DNA of 64,000 nucleotides from an uncultured Bacteroidales bacterium (GTDB lineage Bacteria > Bacteroidota > Bacteroidia > Bacteroidales > UBA7960), in NCBI GenBank assembly GCA_964348755.1, contig CAYGDW010000009.1:38-64037 (forward strand). Direction: 5' to 3'. The notes beneath the pieces are model-generated. The model did not search any database and had not been told where the DNA came from. It saw only the letters and a list, made by a program, of their open reading frames with translations. Every line of letters begins with the position of its first letter. The first letter of the stretch is position 1. The position numbers and the translations under genes were made by a program. Below, in pieces: positions 57,602-64,000 of the stretch.

Positions 57602-58893
57602 CCCCGGATGGCTTTTTTGTAGGCAGCAAGGCAGCGCTCGCGGGCTATTTTAAGGTCTATGATTGGCGCCGGGTAGGTATTAGTGCCGTATTCGGCAATC
57701 CATTGCCTGATATACTTTTCTTCTGGGTCGAACTTTTTTTGCTGCTCCACCGGATTGAATATCCGGAAGTAAGGAGCCGCATCGGTTCCGGTGCCGGCGC
57801 TCCATTGCCAACCGCCATTGTTTGATGAAAGCTCGAAGTCAAAGAGCTTATCGGCAAACCAGGCCTGGCCCCAGCGCCAGTCAATAAGCAGGTGCTTGGT
57901 AAGGAAGCTGGCCGTAACCATGCGCAAGCGATTGTGCATATAGCCTGTAGCCGACAATTGCCGCATGCCGGCATCAACCATAGGGAAACCTGTTCGACCC
58001 TGCTTCCACCGCTCAAATTCTTCTTTGTTATTCAGCCATACAATGCGATCGTATTCGGGCCGAAACGACTCATTTACCACCCGCGGGAAGTGATGCAGAA
58101 TCATGGCATAGAATTCGCGCCAGATCAGCTCGTTCAGGAATGTTTCATTCAGGCCTTGCGCCAACTTAACCAGCTTGCGTATGCTTATGGTGCCAAAGCG
58201 CAAATGCGGGCTAAGAAGCGACACTCCGTTAACAGCCGGAAAATTGCGGGTTTCATGATAATTTTTAATGAGGTCCCTGTCAATTGTTGCTATAGGCATG
58301 GCCATGCCCGAAGGCTTAAATCCAATTTCTTCGAGTGCAGGAAAACGGTCAACCTGCCCTTTAAAGCAATTTTGCAGCAGGGATTCTGAAGGAAATTCGG
58401 CCGAAGCCCTGTGTTCAAGCACCTCTTTCCAGCGGCGGCTGTATGGGGTAAATACGTTGTATGGTTTGCCATCGGGCTTCAGGGCATCATGTGCTGTCAA
58501 TACCAAATGGTCAAGCTCCTGAAAAAATCCAATACCCCGTGAGGCCAACAGGGCGCCCACCTTTTGATCGCGCTCCCTGCCATAAGGTTCGTGATCGGCA
58601 TTGCTGTGAACGGCCTCAATGTCGAACTCCTCCAACAATCTGCTGAAAACTGAAATAGGCCTGCCCTTTTTTACCAGAATACCACTCCCCTGCTTCCTCA
58701 GCACCTGGTCAATTACCGAAAGGGTACTGTGAATGAACTCTACCCGGTGATCGTTTTGGGGAAGCGTATCAAGAATAACATCATCAAAAATAAAAAGGGG
58801 AAGCACTTTTCCGGAGCTTTTCAATGCCCTGAAAAATGCCTTATTATCATTGAGCCGTAAATCGCGACGAAACCAAAAAATCGCTATGCTCAT
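57595..58893 (-). CDS. deoxyribodipyrimidine photolyase / cryptochrome family protein
   Basis: It has FWFRRDLRLNDN, WREF, TG.P.VDA.MRQL..TG.MHNR.RM and NNGGWQW.AGTG.D..PYFRIFNP. Confidence 0.9.
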   Translation of the reverse strand: MSIAIFWFRRDLRLNDNKAFFRALKSSGKVLPLFIFDDVILDTLPQNDHRVEFIHSTLSVIDQVLRKQGSGILVKKGRPISVFSRLLEEFDIEAVHSNADHEPYGRERDQKVGALLASRGIGFFQELDHLVLTAHDALKPDGKPYNVFTPYSRRWKEVLEHRASAEFPSESLLQNCFKGQVDRFPALEEIGFKPSGMAMPIATIDRDLIKNYHETRNFPAVNGVSLLSPHLRFGTISIRKLVKLAQGLNETFLNELIWREFYAMILHHFPRVVNESFRPEYDRIVWLNNKEEFERWKQGRTGFPMVDAGMRQLSATGYMHNRLRMVTASFLTKHLLIDWRWGQAWFADKLFDFELSSNNGGWQWSAGTGTDAAPYFRIFNPVEQQKKFDPEEKYIRQWIAEYGTNTYPAPIIDLKIARERCLAAYKKAIRGY

Positions 58894-58981
58894 TGTAGAT
58901 TACACTGATTTTTAACAAATTAAACAGGTTACTTTTGATAACAGGCAGTTGATGGCTGATGACCAAAAACTTTTTAACTTC

Positions 58982-60259
58982 TTACTCCCGACTTCCGTTC
59001 TCCGATTTACGCAGTATTATCAGGGTGATTTCCGGCGGCATTCCTACCCTTCCGGGGAAACTTAAAAAGCCGAAACCCCTGTTTACGTATAAATTTTGTG
59101 TGCCTTCGCTATAAAGTCCGTTCCATTCGCTGTATTTGTATTGCACCGGGCTCCACGAAAAAAAGCGGTTGCTAACACCAAACTGCATACCATGGGTATG
59201 TCCGCTAAGGGTAAGGTCAATATTGGTGTTTGGCAAAATTTGCTGTCGCCAGTGCGAGGGATCGTGCGAAATCAGAATCTGAAACGGGAATCCGGCATTT
59301 TGGCCAAGCGCTTTTTCGAGGTCGCCATATTGTGCAAAAGGCGGCATACCCCAGTTCTTAACGCCTGCAATCATTATAGAGTCGTTTCCACGCTTTATAA
59401 ATGTATGCTCGTTCAAAAGCACCCTGAAACCCATTTCCTTTTGCACTTCAACAAGGCGCTGCACATCAGAGTCTTTTTCCTTAATAGTGCCCCAGCGCCG
59501 GTAATCGCCCATATCATGATTGCCCAGTACCGAAAACATTCCATTGGTTGCTCTCAATTCCCTGAAAAAGTGAATGAATTTTTCGGCTTCCTGTGCCTGG
59601 TTATTAACCATATCGCCCGAAAAGGCAATCAGGTCGGGCTGCAAACCTGCTATAACCTTTAGTCCGGCAGCTACGGCCTCCTGGCGGCTAAAACTCCCAA
59701 GGTGCGTATCGGAAAAATGCACCAGCCGGTAGCCATCAAAACTTTCGGGAAGATCGTCGAACCAAACCTCAACCTCTTCAACCTGAAAATTATACCGGCC
59801 AAAACTAAGCCCGTAAACCGTTATAGAAAACATGATCAGGGCAAAGGCAAGGCCGGCAACAAGTACAACCAAACTTTGGCGCAAGCGTTTTAATGAAGGC
59901 CCCATGCGTGGATACTCCTTAAAAATCCAATGAAAAAACCTCAAAAACAATATCTTCAGGTCGTAAATCAATACAAAAATGAAAAAGCTGACCTTCGGAA
60001 TAAAAATGAGCATAAATGCACCCATTATCACAAAAAATTGCCTGTATTTCACATAGTCCTCCATTTCGCTGCCCCTGATATACCAACCCCAGGCAAACGA
60101 AAATGCCAGAAAAACCAAATCGACTATCCAGAATGTCTTTAAAACAATACCCCTTAATGGTGTAAGCCCCCTGTGCGAAAATAACTTGCGCAACCCGCGG
60201 TATGAATAAAAATTTATTACAAGCATTATTGCCAAAAGTACCAGTATCCGTGTGAGCAT
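58982..60259 (-). CDS. membrane-anchored metallophosphoesterase (YkuE-like)
   Basis: N-terminal TM helices are followed by the calcineurin-like motifs HFSDTHLG, SGDMVN, GNHD and GHTHG. Confidence 0.85.
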   Translation of the reverse strand: MLTRILVLLAIMLVINFYSYRGLRKLFSHRGLTPLRGIVLKTFWIVDLVFLAFSFAWGWYIRGSEMEDYVKYRQFFVIMGAFMLIFIPKVSFFIFVLIYDLKILFLRFFHWIFKEYPRMGPSLKRLRQSLVVLVAGLAFALIMFSITVYGLSFGRYNFQVEEVEVWFDDLPESFDGYRLVHFSDTHLGSFSRQEAVAAGLKVIAGLQPDLIAFSGDMVNNQAQEAEKFIHFFRELRATNGMFSVLGNHDMGDYRRWGTIKEKDSDVQRLVEVQKEMGFRVLLNEHTFIKRGNDSIMIAGVKNWGMPPFAQYGDLEKALGQNAGFPFQILISHDPSHWRQQILPNTNIDLTLSGHTHGMQFGVSNRFFSWSPVQYKYSEWNGLYSEGTQNLYVNRGFGFLSFPGRVGMPPEITLIILRKSENGSRE

Positions 60260-60357
60260 TTATTCAGAAAATATTTATAAACAAGTGAATTGATTGTTTT
60301 ATTGAAACCTTACCTTTGAAGCGGACAAAAGGCTTTAAACCGGCCGGCAAAGTTAGT

Positions 60358-60365
60358 TATTTTTG
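60358..60365 (+). promoter_or_regulatory. putative -7 box TAttTTTG
   Basis: Exact match about 39 nt upstream of the ATG at 60404. A second match, TAccTTTG, lies at 60311-60318. Confidence 0.4.
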
Positions 60366-60403
60366 GACAGTAAAACATTTATTCTCAGCGAATTGTTCAG
60401 CTT

Positions 60404-61993
60404 ATGAACGTCCTTTTTCACGAAGGTTATTTCGTACTTTTTCTGATTATCACCCTGGGAGTTGCCTTTGGCAATGTAAAAATCAAGGGCTTTTCGCTCG
60501 ATATTTCGGCAGTAATTTTTGTGGCATTGTTGCTTGGTCATTACGGCTTTGTGGTTCCGGCATCATTTCAAACCATCGGATTGCTGTTTTTTATTTTTAC
60601 CATAGGCATACAGGCCGGGCCAGGCTTTTTCGATTCATTTCAAAAATTTGGCCGTCAGTTGCTGTTTATTTGCCTGGTGTTGGTTTCTATGGCAGCCGGG
60701 CTTAGTTTTGTGCTTTCTCGCCTTTACGACATACATCCCTTTTTGAGCGTTGGGCTGTTTAACGGTGCTCTTACCAGCACACCCGGCCTTGCAGCTGCTA
60801 TCGATATTACCGGCTCGCCCATGGCATCAATCGGATACGGGGTGGCTTATCCCGCAGGTGCAGTGCTAACCATACTAATTATTCAACTTTTTCCTGCCCT
60901 GCTAAAGGTCGATTTAAAAAAGGAAGAAAGAAAGTATCTTGAAAAAGTAATCGAAGAGTTTCCGCAGGTTATAAACCGCAACTTTGTGATTGAAAACCAG
61001 AATATACATGGCAAAACCCTGAAAGAGCTGCAGATTGGTACCATGACCAGTGCCGTGATTTCGCGTGTGAAACATAAAAACCAGGCTTTTACTCCTACGG
61101 GAGATACCTGTTTGTATTTGGGCGATGTGGTAAAGGTTGTTGGCATCGAGGCAGCCCTGCACAAAGCTGAGATTATGATTGGCCGGCCCACCACCGACGA
61201 AATTGCCCTTGCCGAAGAGTTTGAAGTAAACTGGGTACTGGTAACCAACAAAAAGGTAATAAACAAAAGCCTGCAATCGTTAAACCTCACTGCCTATTAT
61301 GGTGGCACCATTACACGCATTCGCCGCAGCGGCATCGACCTTAGCCCCAAAGGTACTTCCACCCTTCGCTTTGGCGACAAGGTGCTTCTGGCCTGCGAAA
61401 AGCAGAATATGCGCAAAGTAATGAAACTGCTTGGCAACGACGAAAAACGGCTTCGCGAAACCGACTTCCTGCCAATAAGCCTTGGAATAATCATTGGCAT
61501 TTTGATTGGCTCTGTGAACATTCCGGTATTTGGCATTTTCGATTTTTCGCTCGGCCTTACCGGAGGGGTGCTTACGGCAGCCCTGCTGCTTAGCCGCATT
61601 GGCAAAACCGGACCCATAATCTGGTCAATGTCGGGCAGCGGAAACCAACTTTTACGCAAACTAGGCCTGCTAATGTTTCTTGCAGCCGTGGGCACCCAAG
61701 CTGGCGCCAACATTGCCGAGACCCTTGCCCAGCATGGCCTGAAACTGCTCTGGACCGGCATGATAATTACCATTTTGCCTATGGTGATCACCACCCTTAT
61801 CGGGCATTATTTCATGCGTATTAATTTTATAACGCTTCTTGGAGTTATTGCAGGAAGCATGACCAGCACTCCCGGCCTGGCAGCCGCCGATAATAAAACC
61901 GAAACCGATGCCGCTTCGGTAGCTTATGCTACTGTGTATCCTATGGCTCTGGTGCTTATGATCATTTATTCGCAGGTGTTGTGTCTAATATAA
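60404..61993 (+). CDS. YidE/YbjL-type (aspartate:alanine exchanger family) transporter with two central RCK_C/TrkA-C domains
   Basis: 529 aa with duplicated membrane halves (..LGL.GG.L..AL....G..). Two soluble TrkA_C-like segments lie between them. Confidence 0.82.
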   Translation: MNVLFHEGYFVLFLIITLGVAFGNVKIKGFSLDISAVIFVALLLGHYGFVVPASFQTIGLLFFIFTIGIQAGPGFFDSFQKFGRQLLFICLVLVSMAAGLSFVLSRLYDIHPFLSVGLFNGALTSTPGLAAAIDITGSPMASIGYGVAYPAGAVLTILIIQLFPALLKVDLKKEERKYLEKVIEEFPQVINRNFVIENQNIHGKTLKELQIGTMTSAVISRVKHKNQAFTPTGDTCLYLGDVVKVVGIEAALHKAEIMIGRPTTDEIALAEEFEVNWVLVTNKKVINKSLQSLNLTAYYGGTITRIRRSGIDLSPKGTSTLRFGDKVLLACEKQNMRKVMKLLGNDEKRLRETDFLPISLGIIIGILIGSVNIPVFGIFDFSLGLTGGVLTAALLLSRIGKTGPIIWSMSGSGNQLLRKLGLLMFLAAVGTQAGANIAETLAQHGLKLLWTGMIITILPMVITTLIGHYFMRINFITLLGVIAGSMTSTPGLAAADNKTETDAASVAYATVYPMALVLMIIYSQVLCLI

Positions 61994-62124
61994 TGGGGCC
62001 ATTTGTTATAAATACATGCATGGTGTTGGCTCCTCCAAATATGCGTAAGAGCTTGCCAAACAGGTTTTGCCTTTATTATCAGCCCCTGAAAATATTTCAC
62101 CTGTCGAAAAAAGTTTACAATAGT

Positions 62125-63718
62125 TCACGGGTTATTTACCTGCTTGCTGGTTATTACTACCACATTTTCATAGCCAAACAAGGCGCGGGCCTCCTCGCCC
62201 CTAAAAACCTTCACACTTTCAATTTTGTCAGGTGTAATTAAGTTTTTGAGGTTTTCAACCACCATATCCACTTTTTTTTTATCAATATAAACAGCTAAAT
62301 TTTCATCGCCGGGTTTTCTGATAACAGCCTGTCCGTCAGAATCGTCAAGATCGGATTTATTGTTCAGCACAAATCGTATCGGCAAGTTTAACTGCAACCT
62401 AACGCTTTGCCCCCTTTGGGTGGCCGGAGTCCAGTTGGGCATTGCCTTTACGACCCGCACAGCTTCTTCGTCGCAACCCTTTCCTATTCCTCACAAAACG
62501 GTTACATTAGTCAGACTTCCGTCCCTCTCCACTACAAAAGAAACGAACACCGTTCCCTGAATGTTCGAAAGCATAGCCTCCTTAGGGTACACAAGGTTTT
62601 CCTTTAGAAACAGCTGAAAAGCCTCCTGACCTCCCGGAAATTTTGGTAGCACCTCAGCTACCATGAAAACAGGATCCTCCACAGCCTCAGGCGAGGCAGG
62701 AGGTTGCTGAACAGATAAGGAACCCGAAGGTAATAAGCCCGAGATAGTTTGAAATTCAGTTTCTGTTGCAGAAACTACGGGCACAACATTTTCAAACTCT
62801 TGTACCAGCGGTGAAATAATTGGCATAACCGCCTGCAAACGGGTCGATTGTAACATGAAAAACATGGCAAAGAAAATTGCCGAGGCAATTAAACCTAAAA
62901 CGACTCTCAAACGAAACTTTGGGGTGGATTGGTTAATCATCATGATTCGTTTTTTTAAGGGTGAAACATTAAAATGGTTGGTAACAGGTAAGCAATAACT
63001 TATACATGAAAAATTTACCAAAAGTTGCTGATAGGCAATTTTATCAACATTATGGCCAAGCACATAGCGGTCAGCTGCAAACTCGTGCTGCAGTTTTAAT
63101 TCGTGGCGGAGAAACCACAGGGCAGGATGGAACCAAAAAAAAAAATGGTAAGTACCCCAACAATAACCAAATCGACCGAATGGAGTTTTTTGATGTGTGC
63201 CTTTTCATGCAGCAATATATTATTGAGAGAAGGATCGCCAAGTAAATGCTGAGGAATAAAAACCAGTCCGAAAAAACTGTACGGGGTTTGGTTTCCTTTT
63301 ACCGGAATTACCAATACCCCATTGATTATAAATCCACCTAGCAACCTCCACCTGGCAACCAGATAAATTATACCTGTGGCAAACCTCAAAAAAAACAGGA
63401 AACTTACCGCCAACGAAATATAAACCAGCTCCTTGGTCGAAAAAATTAAACCTTGAAATACCTGTTTCGAATTTTCGATGGTCTCAGAGGCATAAATCAC
63501 CACCTCCGGAAGCGTTATAAACCCAGTTTCCTGCAGATTAATACCGGTTGGACCATACTAAACCCCATACCCATAAAAATCGATATCAATAGGCCGCCCA
63601 TTATGTAAAACCGCCCCAATGATGGGTTTTTCTGAGGCTTTATCAGGTAATAATATAAAATACACAGCAGAAAAAAATAGCCGGAAGCCCAAAACAAAAA
63701 AATAAATGAATTATTCAT
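62125..63718 (-). pseudogene. decayed BlaR1-like M56 metalloprotease sensor with C-terminal TonB domain (two frameshifts plus one in-frame TGA)
   Basis: Four consecutive minus-strand ORFs together spell one protein. The N-terminal TM part is MNNSFIFLFW.. The M56 core has LLHEKAHIKKLH. A linker follows, then TonB_C (LPKFPGGQEAFQLFLKENLVYP..GTVFVSFVVERDG..VTVL*GIGKGCDEEAVRVVKAMPNWTPA..). The breaks lie within 63517-63558, in the A11 tract at 63135-63145, and at the TGA at 62491-62493. Confidence 0.75.
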
Positions 63719-63855
63719 AGCCGGTTTATTTAATAATTTGCTGACAAAATTTGCTAACCTATAAAAAAATGGTTGTTGACCCACCCTCAAACCAATCATA
63801 AAAAAAAGCACCACCAAATTAAACCACCCGCTCTGCCATACTTTATAATATGGCT

Positions 63856-64000
63856 TCAACTTTTCATTTCATCCAGCTTTTTTATCTCCTCATCAATTAT
63901 ATGCTTGAGTTCCTCAAGCTCCGAAACTGACAGTCCCTTTTCATTCGAAAAGAAAGAAACCATTTGCCTTATAGAGTTGCCAAAATATTTAGTTAAAATG
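63856..64000 (-). CDS. BlaI/MecI/CopY-family transcriptional repressor (C-terminal part; runs off the window)
   Basis: The minus-strand translation is ..ILTKYFGNSIRQMVSFFSNEKGLSVSELEELKHIIDEEIKKLDEMKS*. This fits the BlaI dimerisation C-terminus. It lies directly upstream of the M56 sensor gene. Confidence 0.65.
   Translation of the reverse strand, partial: ILTKYFGNSIRQMVSFFSNEKGLSVSELEELKHIIDEEIKKLDEMKS

Noticed and set aside
62491-62493. Genome-wide TGA reassignment as an explanation for the in-frame TGA.
   Set aside because: TGA cleanly terminates several well-supported genes in this window at the expected protein ends (the SSS transporter, the RecQ-family helicase and the blaI-like gene). 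The standard code therefore applies.
1-64000. Scan for CRISPR arrays, long tandem repeats, integrase or recombinase genes, toxin-antitoxin pairs and restriction-modification genes.
   Set aside because: No regularly spaced direct repeats were seen. Apart from the IS3 OrfA relic, no such gene families were recognised. The window appears to be core chromosome rather than an accessory island.

Overview
This 64-kb window reads as ordinary core chromosome of a Bacteroidota bacterium. That origin is an inference from several signals. There is a T9SS type-A C-terminal sorting domain, a FeoA-FeoB fusion followed by a Cys-rich mini-protein, and an S16 with a long charged tail. There is also a DUF349 protein, an M56/BlaR1 sensor with a TonB C-terminal domain, and 16 intergenic matches to the Bacteroides-type -7 promoter box TAnnTTTG upstream of start codons.

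I support about 50 protein genes, and nearly all are housekeeping:
- Translation and RNA: rpsP-rimM-trmN6, valS, hisS, ychF, rtcB.
- Secretion and proteostasis: secA, clpB.
- DNA: recR, a RecQ-family helicase, a photolyase.
- Metabolism: sucC, gcvT, hutH, ltaE, a methionine gamma-lyase-like enzyme, a 2-oxoacid dehydrogenase E2, a GH13 branching enzyme.
- Transport: a DAACS symporter, an SSS symporter, FeoAB, a YidE/YbjL-type transporter, MscS.

I found no rRNA, tRNA, CRISPR array, intact mobile element or recognisable defence island.

Features the ORF track does not explain:
- Two decayed genes: a 5'-truncated, frameshifted T9SS surface protein, and a BlaR1/TonB-like sensor with two frameshifts plus an in-frame TGA. 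One of those frameshifts sits exactly in an A11 tract.
- A short IS3-family OrfA relic.
- Two copies of a nested-palindrome, MITE/REP-like intergenic element.
- An 18-19 bp inverted-repeat pair bracketing the only recognisable promoter of the DUF349 gene, which makes it an inverton candidate.
- A NYN-nuclease/cold-shock-domain fusion lying tail-to-tail with rtcB.

I do not see a convincing novel multi-gene system. The items above are the best leads and are scored modestly. All family calls come from motif recognition by eye, with no searches run, and several start codons are uncertain.
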